This document shows positions 12,101-21,266 of a DNA stretch of 64,000 bases, one piece after another. The notes beneath the pieces are model-generated. The model ran no database searches. It saw only the letters and a list, made by a program, of their open reading frames with translations, and had not been told where the DNA came from. Source of the stretch: an uncultured delta proteobacterium (GTDB lineage Bacteria > Desulfobacterota > Desulfobacteria > Desulfobacterales > UBA2156); NCBI GenBank assembly GCA_963736855.1, contig CAVTQK010000009.1, positions 576,001-640,000 on the forward strand. The letters run 5' to 3'. The position numbers and the translations under genes were made by a program. Position 1 is the first letter of the stretch; the number at the start of each line of letters is the position of its first letter.

Positions 12101-12512
12101 CGGCCGATGGTTTGGATGGGGCGCATGATTCCCGAGCCCGCACACAGGGCACGCTTCGGCGCACCGGCCGCACAAGGTGCAGCGCTTGGCATCCACATAG
12201 GTGGGGATCGGATCGATCTGGACTCTGAACCCTTGCTGGCTGTGCTTGATTGAACGGATCTGTGGCCGGCAGAAGGCAGCGGATATTGCCGTTGCGCAGG
12301 ATGCGGATCAGGCCGGGACGGTGGGCGAAATTGAACGGCACGCCGGAGTCGAGGCGGTACGGCTCGGCGCTCAATTTTTGATCCAGGTCCGCATCGATAT
12401 CCACCATGGTAATAGGGACGCCCAACTCGCCCAGCTTGTTGGCCGCAGCCACGCCAGCCGGATTGGCGCCGATGATCAGCACGCTATGCAATCTGTTCTT
12501 GGCTTTTTTCAT
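9126..12512 (-). CDS. Large FAD/Fe-S oxidoreductase: GltD-like NAD(P)H module embedded in HdrA-like domains (HdrL-like), frameshifted; 3' end approximate
   Basis: CQANCPLG, VCGRICTHPCE, IGSGPAGLAAA, GGLLRYGI, GDAVSG, EAKRCLQCG; HdrA-like IGVFACRCN, SAC, ASC, VNVRGE; C-terminal CRGCGRC..CP and CKGCGNC..CP. Confidence 0.8.
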
Positions 12513-13085
12513 GCCACTACTCCAACTTGACCGGCGGCCTTGTGCCGACGGCCCTTTAGGGTGGCCTGGGCAAACTCCCAGCCCCGCTCAAAGGCCTTGA
12601 GATTGGTCTGCACCGTGGCCTTGGGCACGGATTTGGCCACCGTGTCGCGGGCCGCATCCATGGAAACCGCTCCGGTGACAGCGGTCAGGAACCCGATCAT
12701 GATGATGTTGGCCATCATTTTATTGCCCAGCTCCTCGGCAAAGCGAGTGCAGGGAATGGCGAAGTGATCCCGCTCCTCCGGAGCCTTGACCAGATCCTGC
12801 TCGATGATCAGCATGCCGTCGGCCTTGAGCGTGGCAAACTGCTTGTCAAAGCCGGACTGGGACATGCACACCAGGATATCGGGATTCTGAATATAGGGAA
12901 AATAGATCGGACCGTCGGCAATGGTTACCTGGGCGCTGCACGCACCGCCCCGGGATTCAGGACCATAGGATTGCACCAGGGTGCTCTCCAGTTTGTCGCA
13001 CAATGGCTGCGGCCTGGCCCAAGATGCGTCCCGCCAGCACAACCCCCTGCCCGCCGAAACCGGTGATGGTTATTTGTTTAAACAT
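12509..13085 (-). CDS. 2-oxoacid:ferredoxin oxidoreductase gamma subunit (one frameshift near 13000)
   Basis: ITGFGGQGVVLAG, QSYGPESRGG, MANIIMIG. Confidence 0.88.
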
Positions 13086-13110
13086 ATTACGTTCCCATGT
13101 TGGCCGGAGT

Positions 13111-13980
13111 TTAGGTCTTAAGTGAAGGTGTTCCATTATGCGGTAACCTGCATGTCTTATCGTAATTCTCGATGCAGGTAGGCCGCTGCTTGTCCACAAA
13201 CTCTCCCAGCACCACCTTTTTGCTGAAATCCACCTCCAGGTCGCTGGGGTCGGTATGGTTGCGGATAATGGTTTGCTCTTGATAAAGCTTGAGGGTCTGC
13301 AATGGCTTTTCCTTGTTGCGCCGGCCATAGTTGACCGGACAAGGACCCAACACCTCGATAAAGGAAAAACCGCTTTTCAAAATAGCCTTTTGAATACACT
13401 GGGTCAGCTCCCGGATGTGCAGGATGGTCCAGCGCGCCACATAGGTGGCGCCCGCGGCCCAGGCCAGCAGCGGCAGGTTGAAGGGCGCCTCGGGATTGCC
13501 CGCCGGTGTGGTAGTGGTGCGCGCCAAAAAGGGCGTGGTGGACGCCACTTGGCCGCCGGTCATGCCGTAGTTCAGATTGTTCAGGCAGATCACGGTGAGA
13601 TCCATGTTGCGCCGGGCCGCATGAATGAAATGATTGCCACCGATGGCAAACAGATCGCCGTCTCCGCTGAACACCACCACATTGAGCTTGGGATTGCCCA
13701 GTTTGAGTCCCGTGGCAAAGGGAATGGCCCGGCCGTGGGTGGTATGAAACGAATCGAGCTTGACGTAGCCTGCTGCCCGGCCCGAGCAGCCAATCCCCGA
13801 GACCATGCACATGTTGCGCAGATCGGTCCCGCTGGCCTTCATGGCCGATAAGCAGGCGGCAAAGGCGGTACCGATGCCACATCCCGGACACCAGATATGA
13901 GGAATGCGATCGGAGCGGATTAGATCCTCCAGGGGATGGTCAGGCACCACAGCCTCTCTGGCACGGACGGTTACGGGCAT
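13111..13980 (-). CDS. 2-oxoacid:ferredoxin oxidoreductase beta subunit (TPP-binding)
   Basis: WCPGCG, SGIGCS, HGRA, GDGD..IGGNH, NN.NYGMTGGQ. Confidence 0.93.
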   Translation of the reverse strand: MPVTVRAREAVVPDHPLEDLIRSDRIPHIWCPGCGIGTAFAACLSAMKASGTDLRNMCMVSGIGCSGRAAGYVKLDSFHTTHGRAIPFATGLKLGNPKLNVVVFSGDGDLFAIGGNHFIHAARRNMDLTVICLNNLNYGMTGGQVASTTPFLARTTTTPAGNPEAPFNLPLLAWAAGATYVARWTILHIRELTQCIQKAILKSGFSFIEVLGPCPVNYGRRNKEKPLQTLKLYQEQTIIRNHTDPSDLEVDFSKKVVLGEFVDKQRPTCIENYDKTCRLPHNGTPSLKT

Positions 13981-15127
13981 GGGAACACCTCCTTCATTTT
14001 GGCGATCACCTGATCCGGTGTGATGATGGCGCCGCCGTGGTGGCCCACCAGGTGGCAAGGCACTCGGCCGGCCGCGGCGCGGGTCACCTCCAGGTGAATC
14101 TGTCCCAGGTTGATCTCCACGGTGACGAACGCCTTGACCCTCTCGGCCAGCGTCCGGATCTGTTTTTCGGCAAAGGGCCAGACCGTGATCAGGCGCAGGA
14201 AGCCCACCTTCAGCCCCATGGCGCGCGCCTGCTGCATGGCCGCCATGCTGGTGCGCGCCGAGATGCCGTAGGATACCAGCACGATCTCGGCATCCTCCAG
14301 GTTATGGCCCTCGGTCATGATGATATCGTCGCGGTTGTCCAGAATTTTGCGTTTCAGTGCGCAGTCATCATCTCCTGCTGGGCCTCCACCGACATCACCG
14401 GGTAACCCTTTTCGTCGTGGGTCAGACCGGTGACATGCACGTTGTACCCTTCGCCGGCCGCCGGCATGGGGGCCACGCCGTTGGGTCCCGGCTTATAGAG
14501 TAGGAAGCGGTCCTTGCGGCCCTGGGGCTTGGGACGCCACTCGGTTTGAATATGCTCGGCCGGTGGAATGACCACCTTTTCGCTCATGTGGCCGACGATT
14601 TCGTCGGTCATGATGAAGACCGGCGTGCGGTAGCGTTCGCTCAGGTTGAAGGCCGTGATGGTCTGATAAAAAATCTCCTGGGCCGAGGCCGGCGCCAGGG
14701 CGATGATCTCGTAGTCGCCGTGGGATCCCCAGCGCACCTGCATCATGTCGGCCTGGGCGCCCATGGTGGGCAGGCCGGTGGACGGCCCGGCGCGCTGCAC
14801 ATTGACTATTACGCAGGGGGTTTCGGTGCAGACTGCCAGCCCGATGTTTTCCATCATCAGGCTGAAGCCCGGCCCGGAGGTGGCGGTCATGCTCTTCTGG
14901 CCCGCCCAGGCCGCCCCCAGAACCGAGGCAATGGCTGCGATTTCGTCCTCCATCTGGATGAAGGTGCCGCCCACCTCGGGCAGCCGCTCGGACATATGTT
15001 CGGCGATCTCGGTGGCCGGTGTGATGGGATAGCCCCCGAAAAAGAGGCATCCGGCTGCCAAGGCCCCCTCGGCGCACGCCTCGTCGCCGGTCATGAAGTG
15101 TTCGCCCGTTAGAATCGCTGGTTTCAT
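13971..15127 (-). CDS. 2-oxoacid:ferredoxin oxidoreductase alpha subunit (frameshift near 14355)
   Basis: GYPITP, QMEDEIA, TATSGPG, QRAGPSTG; C-terminal piece in ORF 13971-14318. Confidence 0.9.
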
Positions 15128-15280
15128 GATGTTTCCGTTTTAGTTATTTGGGTGTAATTTTTTGGCAGTTGTGTTTTCCGTCTCCTTCGGACGTTCAAAG
15201 CAATCCGCGACCTTCAATCTATCCACCTAACTTGAAATCGGCAGAATATCTTGATCTAAAACCTAAAACGAGATTCCCAA

Positions 15281-15568
15281 TTATGCCGCTCTCTCTTCCC
15301 CACTTTTTGACGCAGGTATCTCAACAGAGTATATCGCAAACTCAGGGCAGATAATTTCGCAGTAGTGGCAATTGACACACCCCTCTGGCTGAATCACCTC
15401 GGGCGGATGATACCCCTTTTTATTGAAGCGGGAAGAAAAGGCCAGAATCTTCTTGGGGCAGAACTCGATACAATAGCCGCAACCCTTGCAGCGATCCTCG
15501 ATAATGTGAACCACACCCTGGGAAATCTTAATTGCATTCGAATCAAATGGCACGCGCCAGTATTCCAT
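15281..15568 (-). CDS. 4Fe-4S dicluster protein (2-oxoacid oxidoreductase delta subunit)
   Basis: CKGCGYCIEFCP and CVNCHYCEIICP; immediately upstream of the alpha subunit. Confidence 0.9.
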   Translation of the reverse strand: MEYWRVPFDSNAIKISQGVVHIIEDRCKGCGYCIEFCPKKILAFSSRFNKKGYHPPEVIQPEGCVNCHYCEIICPEFAIYSVEIPASKSGEERAA

Positions 15569-16070
15569 AGCTCTCTCCCCATTTCGCCGGTACCTCAAGC
15601 CAAGTCCACCGCATAAAAGATCCAATATGCTGAATAAACGATAGTCTTGTATTTTACGGTGCGTCCGAATCAGCCGGCTATGCATATATCAACGCATAGC
15701 AGACATCAATATTATTTTAGAGTGGTGATGAGAATCTTCGGGAGACCCCTTTATTTTTTTATGGGGGGTCCCCAAGTAGTTTTAAGAAGTGGGTTTGAGT
15801 GATCTGACCCCCTGTTTCTGAATTTATGTCCGGGAAGTTGGATTGAATTACGCGACATGATAGGACGAGATGTAGTCCGGGATTGTGGGGGGATTGCTTA
15901 GGCCATTAGTAATGGGAAAAAGGGTCGCAGAATGGAACAATCCTGTTCTCTCCATCCTTGAGCCCCAAGTATGGAAACGACCCCGGCTTCAAGGTATTCA
16001 TGATTTACCGGTATTGATACCCACGTAGCCAAGCCGAAGGCCTCCGGAAAAAGCAAGCGCCTTCGACGGC

Positions 16071-16583
16071 TTACTGCATGGTTTTGCGTTTCTCTTCAAG
16101 CTGGATATCCAGAAGCTTGAGCTTTTCTATAATATTTTTATGGTACAGGTTTTGCTGCTTCAAATCGTCGGCCCGTTGTTTAAGTTTTATGTTTTGCTGC
16201 CCCAGGGCCTCACCGCTGACGGCCCGGGCATCAAGCTGCTTTAAGAGAGACACCGCGTAGCGCGCATCCACCGACTCTTCAATTCCGGCATAGACCTCCA
16301 TGTAAGAGATGGCTTTCTTATAGTCGGGGGATTGGTTCTCGGGATGCGAATGGAGTATGACCAGTAGAAAAAGGAGCCGTACCTTTTCCTCAGGTTTTAC
16401 CGTCTGGGCCAGGTTCTGTTCGAGCCGGACGATCTCGCTCGAGATCATCCCCTTATCCACCGTTGGATAGGGCTCGGTCCTGGATTGTATACGGGGGGCG
16501 CAGCCATCCAATAGTAGAGGGGCTGCGACGATCAGCAGTCCTAAAAAAAGCATCCCGAAACGGATATTTCTCTCCTGCCCCAT
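16071..16583 (-). CDS. Putative lipoprotein with helical/coiled-coil body (QseG/YfhG-like)
   Basis: Hydrophobic signal ending in lipobox LDGC; C-terminal coiled coil ending EKLKLLDIQLEEKR. Confidence 0.7.
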   Translation of the reverse strand: MGQERNIRFGMLFLGLLIVAAPLLLDGCAPRIQSRTEPYPTVDKGMISSEIVRLEQNLAQTVKPEEKVRLLFLLVILHSHPENQSPDYKKAISYMEVYAGIEESVDARYAVSLLKQLDARAVSGEALGQQNIKLKQRADDLKQQNLYHKNIIEKLKLLDIQLEEKRKTMQ

Positions 16584-16602
16584 TAACAGTTCCTGCAAAC
16601 GA

Positions 16603-17991
16603 TCAATCGGGGTCGTTTTCCCGGCGATCCACCAGAAAGAGGCTGCCCGGAATGGTCTTGGCATACTCCTTAATTTCTGCCGCAACCTCCCCGATCTTCA
16701 CGCTGCTGATAGATCTCTGGTTCGTATTTATCACAACAGCAATGGAAATAGTCATGATGGGAAACTGCTCTGCATTTCCCTGCCGCGTCTTGGATGTTAT
16801 ATAACCTCTCGCCCTGTCTTCGGGATCATAGAACTCACCGACCTTTTTATCGAACATATCGATAATGGTTTGGCAGACAGGCCGGTATCGGTCCGGATGA
16901 ACGATGATGGCAAAGTCGTCGCCGCCGATATGGCCTAAAAAGGCATTTTCATCTCCGTGCTCGGCAATGGCCGTCTCCAGAATTTTTCCTGTGCCCCTGA
17001 TGACCTCATTGCCACGGGCATAACCATATCGGTCATTAAAAGATTTGAAGTTATCGATATCCACCAGGCAGAAGGCAAGTGCCTGCCTCTCCTTGAGCCG
17101 GGCATTCAGCACATTCTCTATGGCGATGCCGCCGGGCAGGCGGGTCAGTGGGCTGGCGTCTAAATCCATCATCTCCAGCCTTGCCAGCTTCTGGGCCATG
17201 GCGATAAAGGATTTGGCCAGCATTCCAAACTCGTCTTTCTGCTTGAGATCTGGAATAAAATCAAACTGCCGTTCAGAAAATTTTTCCGCGGCCAGTTTGA
17301 GCTGTCTAATGGAGCGCGACATGTTGCGCGTGATCAAATAAGCCGATCCGATGCCGATACAGATACCCAGGACCGACAACAGAGCTGCCACATGAAAGGC
17401 CCGTATGCTCGATATGTCGCTCTGCCTTGTCTTTTTCAACAGTCCGGCCCGTGCATCCTGGGCCATGACCTTGATGAGGTCAAACTGGTCATCCAGGCTC
17501 TGCCGAAGCTGACCATCATAAACGGTGCTGGCTTTGTCAAGGGCACTTTTCGGAAGATTGAAAATCTCCATATAAAATGCATTAAACGTACCGTGCCGGG
17601 TCTCCAGCTCCTTGACGAGAGCTGCATCCAGTCCATCCACTTGACCCAGAACCTTTAGGGTATCTTCAATCTTGAAGCTTCGTGCCCAAAAGAGGTCCTT
17701 CATTTCATCACTTTTCATGATCAGGTAGCGACGGCCATAGGCCTCCTGGGCCAGCAGATCCTGGGTCATACTGTCCGCCGCCTCGATCACCACCATGTTA
17801 TTGGCTACGATACTGCGGCTGATATTGCCCAGTTCGTTCAAGGTGGAAAGCGTATAGACCAATATCAGGATGATAATAACAGACAGGGGAAGATAGGCAA
17901 GGGCCATTCGGGTAGCGATGGTCAACCCTAAAAAGCGGTCTACGATCCGGTTTTTAACATTAAAAAACAATGGCAATCGAATTGTATTCAT
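16603..17991 (-). CDS. Membrane-anchored sensor-HAMP-GGDEF (GGDDF) dinucleotide cyclase
   Basis: Two TM segments, HAMP (DEFGMLAKSF), SPLTRLPG, DIDNFKSFND, HIGGDDF. Confidence 0.9.
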   Translation of the reverse strand: MNTIRLPLFFNVKNRIVDRFLGLTIATRMALAYLPLSVIIILILVYTLSTLNELGNISRSIVANNMVVIEAADSMTQDLLAQEAYGRRYLIMKSDEMKDLFWARSFKIEDTLKVLGQVDGLDAALVKELETRHGTFNAFYMEIFNLPKSALDKASTVYDGQLRQSLDDQFDLIKVMAQDARAGLLKKTRQSDISSIRAFHVAALLSVLGICIGIGSAYLITRNMSRSIRQLKLAAEKFSERQFDFIPDLKQKDEFGMLAKSFIAMAQKLARLEMMDLDASPLTRLPGGIAIENVLNARLKERQALAFCLVDIDNFKSFNDRYGYARGNEVIRGTGKILETAIAEHGDENAFLGHIGGDDFAIIVHPDRYRPVCQTIIDMFDKKVGEFYDPEDRARGYITSKTRQGNAEQFPIMTISIAVVINTNQRSISSVKIGEVAAEIKEYAKTIPGSLFLVDRRENDPD

Positions 17992-18506
17992 GGGCGTTTA
18001 TATCAGTCTGAAAAGCCGGCATCCCTGGTTTTTTGCTTGATCCGATTGCTGATGTTGAATGTTCTTCTTTTTATTAAACCTGAAAGTATAGAAATTTTCA
18101 AGCCTTTCATGGGCGGAGAACGACATGATTTCCCTGATCCGATTTGTCCCCTGGATGCTTTCTTTTGGATAACACCGGGCGAAATTGGAACAGTGGGCCA
18201 TGTTCAAATCATCAAAAATATCAATATGATGTCCGATAAATTCCGTTTGACATGAGATCTTCCTCCAGATCGCTACTGTCCCAACATTATTCAAATAATT
18301 TCAATTGGTTATCAGCTAGTAAATTTTGATTTATGTAAGGCATCTCTGTGAATGCTTATAAAATGGGCGTTTTTCTCTAATAGAGTCACGCTCAGAATCT
18401 GTAAAATGGTGTAGACGCTTTGATTCAATTTGAGAAGCTTTTTCACAATTGCGACCAGCACATAAACCCAGAGGTTACTGTTCACCTACGATATGGAGGT
18501 GGCCAA

Positions 18507-18723
18507 ATGAGCAAGCTGAAGATCCCTGAGCCGGATCTCCAGATCACTTTCTATCGTTGATTGGACAATGGTGGGTGTTGCACAACTTGACTTGGATTTG
18601 GCTAGACGAGAGTCGCCCACAACGGACCGCTTTTACCGCATTGATGAAATTGCCGATTCGTCCTCCGATGAAGCAAAGGATTTTCGTGAAAATCTTCTGT
18701 CACGAATAGGTATCCGGGCTTAA
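18507..18723 (+). pseudogene. Internally deleted XcyI-family restriction endonuclease relic
   Basis: GGAGG RBS then MSKLKIPEPDLQITFYR* (18507-18560) directly followed, in another frame, by WTMVGVAQLDLDLARRESPTTDRFYRIDEIADSSSDEAKDFRENLLSRIGIRA* (18562-18723); both resemble XcyI-family termini as recalled. Confidence 0.6.
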
Positions 18724-18785
18724 CCGATAACCCGGATATTTCACGAGTTGATTTGGTTTTAATTGCAGAGCGCCCGAAATGAATA

Positions 18786-18993
18786 GGGGACGGTGACGAG
18801 ATTGCCTCCACCTCCCGCGTTCGATAGATGTTTCCCTCGTGGAACCCCAAAGCCGGACTATAGAAATCATCCCCGGCACCGATCACTTCTTTTCCGGGCA
18901 GATGAAAGTCCTCGAATCGGCATTGCGGCGACATCTTGAAGTTGGTCTTTCACCATCTTTTCCCTAAAGGAAATGCTTCGACGAAAAACTCAC
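18786..18993 (+). pseudogene. Right (degraded) copy of the hydrolase 3' end; direct repeat of 4518-4724
   Basis: GDGDEIAST.RVR*MFPSWNPKAG, then a 2-nt insertion, then EIIPGTDHFFSGQMKVLES; TAG at 18825-18827. Confidence 0.88.
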
Positions 18994-19246
18994 GAGATTT
19001 TGTCGGGAAATCCTCTTTAGGGATGCAAGAATTTACCTTACATTCTTTGATATAAACCGTGATTTGTTGGTTCATTATGAATTTGACATTGTTCACAATG
19101 TTTATGGGAAAAGGGTTTTATAATGCGGGATAGATCCAGGCGATATATTTCTCCCGAAAAATCAACAGCCTCCTGAAACGACAAAAAAGACGAAAGCCCC
19201 CTGAATCAAGATAAAAAGCCGTGGAATAAGGGAAAACAGATCCAAG

Positions 19247-20230
19247 TCATCCCTTGATCAAAGACATGAGATCGATTGCGTTGTTGAAATACTGCATGTC
19301 CGCCAACCGATATCCCGTCATACCGGTGTAAAGGTTCGGACCATGGAGATCTTCGAGACCTTGGCCGGGCGGTTTCAGGAGGACCCAAGGTTCGATGGCG
19401 CTAAAAACATTTTGAATAGACGCCAAAGCCTCTCTTTCGAGGACCTGGACAGGAACATAGCGGGCCTCGCCGGTGACAGGGTGCCGATAGGATAGGGGCC
19501 GTGAGAACAGAGCCTCCGACCGCGGCTTTCGACAAGGGTAGAAGCTGGCAAGGGTCGTATCGAGGTTTATGCCGGGGAGCAGGTTCAAGGCGTCCAGCAT
19601 TCCCTTGAGGGTTTTCTGGTCAAAGAGAGCTTGTAAGACGGCATGCATGTAAACGGATTTTTTCGCCATGACCCTATCTACAGTCCTGCCGGTGCCGTAA
19701 ATCCTGGAGAGCAGTTCCATGAAAGCGGACCGGGAGATTTCGACGGCATTGAAAAAACGACCAAAGGTGGTGTTCGTCGAAAAAATGCCTCTGGCTGCAA
19801 AGAAAAAATCCAGATACGTCTCCAGGGTATGATGCCGGGTTTGAGCCTTACGCCGCAAATTTTTATCGGGAGTGCGCGTAGTACCGCTGAAATGACATAT
19901 GAAAGGGTGAAATGCGGCGTCTGAAAAAATGTGTGTCGTGATGCCGGCAAGGAGAGACACGACCGATTCCATCGAGAGGAAATCCGGGTTTTTCAGTATC
20001 GGTAAAAAGCACTCGAAGGCGTTTTGCGCAGTATCGTGGATCCGTTCGGCCCGATCTCGTATCCCTGCCGCTCCTTTACCCCATTGCACATAAAACGGGG
20101 AATCGAGGATCACAGCACCGCAAAAATAGAGGTTCTTATGCGATTCAATGATGCGTTTTAAAGGTGAGGCATCCCGCATACGCCGAAATGCGGTTTCTGC
20201 CAGTGTCCAGTGGGTGATCTCTTTAGGCAA
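19247..20230 (-). CDS. Zinc-dependent phospholipase C family protein
   Basis: N-terminal MPKEITH, G....DSPFY, THIFSDAAFHP, H..LET.LD. Confidence 0.8.
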   Translation of the reverse strand: MPKEITHWTLAETAFRRMRDASPLKRIIESHKNLYFCGAVILDSPFYVQWGKGAAGIRDRAERIHDTAQNAFECFLPILKNPDFLSMESVVSLLAGITTHIFSDAAFHPFICHFSGTTRTPDKNLRRKAQTRHHTLETYLDFFFAARGIFSTNTTFGRFFNAVEISRSAFMELLSRIYGTGRTVDRVMAKKSVYMHAVLQALFDQKTLKGMLDALNLLPGINLDTTLASFYPCRKPRSEALFSRPLSYRHPVTGEARYVPVQVLEREALASIQNVFSAIEPWVLLKPPGQGLEDLHGPNLYTGMTGYRLADMQYFNNAIDLMSLIKG

Positions 20231-20262
20231 GGGAATCCCTCCTTTGACGACAGGGCTTGCGT

Positions 20263-21195
20263 CTAAATGTTTCCTCCGGGGTCAATGAGGGGGGCCGGGA
20301 CTTCTTTACCAAGCTGTACGATGATGATCCCGGCGACCACTAAGACCAGGGCCAGAATAATCTTTAAGGTTATCGGTTCGTTTAAAAGAAGCCCCCCCAA
20401 TAAAACACCCGCCATGGGCATCAGGAAAATAAAAGAGTGAAGGGCGACGGCACCGTATCGTTTTAAAAGGTGAGTCCACGCGACAAAGCCGAAAGCGGCG
20501 CAGATGATACTCTGATAGAACAGGGATCCGATGATTCGGGCATCGATGCGAGTGAACATTGCCGAGTCCCAAAGCCAGGCTTCCAGGAAAAAGAAGGGCA
20601 CAGAAAAAACCATGGGAAAAAATACCAGTTGAAAGGGGTCAAACCCGGAAACGATCCGTTTCGTATAGACCCCGTTAATGGCCCATAGGAATGCTGCGGA
20701 CAGCATCATCAGGTCTCCGACTCGAAAACCGGAGGTGATCCCTTTGCTTTCCAGAAACACAAATGCCACTCCCAGGAAGCCCAGGAGAAGCCCAAAAAAT
20801 TTCCTGGCGGTGATCCGGTCGCCGGGAATGAAAAAGTGAGCCAGAAAGAGCAGGAAAAAGGGTTGAAAATTCGACAAGAGCGTTCCCCGGGATGCGTAGG
20901 TCTTGCTGATCCCCAGATGAAACAGAGAGAGCTGGACCGTAAAAATTACGGAAAGGATCGACAAGGGTATCCGTTGCCCTTTTTGAAAGGAAATCTCCTG
21001 TTGCGTGGCCTGGGCCCAGAGCCATAGGGCGAAAGTGGCGACAGTGAACCGGATGGCCGCGGCCGTGAAGGGACCGACGCCCGCGACGCTGATTTTGATG
21101 GCGACGGCGTTGGCCCCGAACAGCAGGCAGATGAACGCTGTAAATAATGCGGCGATAGGCGGGAGTTTTGAGTTGGAAATATCGTCAGGTACCAT
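20263..21195 (-). CDS. DMT/EamA family transporter (start uncertain)
   Basis: About 10 TM helices in two EamA-like repeats. Confidence 0.88.
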   Translation of the reverse strand: MVPDDISNSKLPPIAALFTAFICLLFGANAVAIKISVAGVGPFTAAAIRFTVATFALWLWAQATQQEISFQKGQRIPLSILSVIFTVQLSLFHLGISKTYASRGTLLSNFQPFFLLFLAHFFIPGDRITARKFFGLLLGFLGVAFVFLESKGITSGFRVGDLMMLSAAFLWAINGVYTKRIVSGFDPFQLVFFPMVFSVPFFFLEAWLWDSAMFTRIDARIIGSLFYQSIICAAFGFVAWTHLLKRYGAVALHSFIFLMPMAGVLLGGLLLNEPITLKIILALVLVVAGIIIVQLGKEVPAPLIDPGGNI

Positions 21196-21266
21196 AGGAA
21201 TACGAATTTCCACCCGGGGGTTTGTTGAAAAAACCATTTTTTGGATGGGCGGTCGGGAATCCAATT

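Noticed and set aside
4934..15127. Programmed ribosomal frameshifting as an explanation of the broken genes
   Set aside because: Too many shifts, in both directions, with no shared slippery motif
17998..18294. ORFs 17998-18294 (-) and 18037-18255 (+)
   Set aside because: AT-rich region upstream of the GGDEF gene; no recognisable motifs or RBS
19086..19101. Inverted repeat ACATTGT-TC-ACAATGT, Rex-like half site
   Set aside because: No gene start nearby in a suitable orientation and no full consensus match
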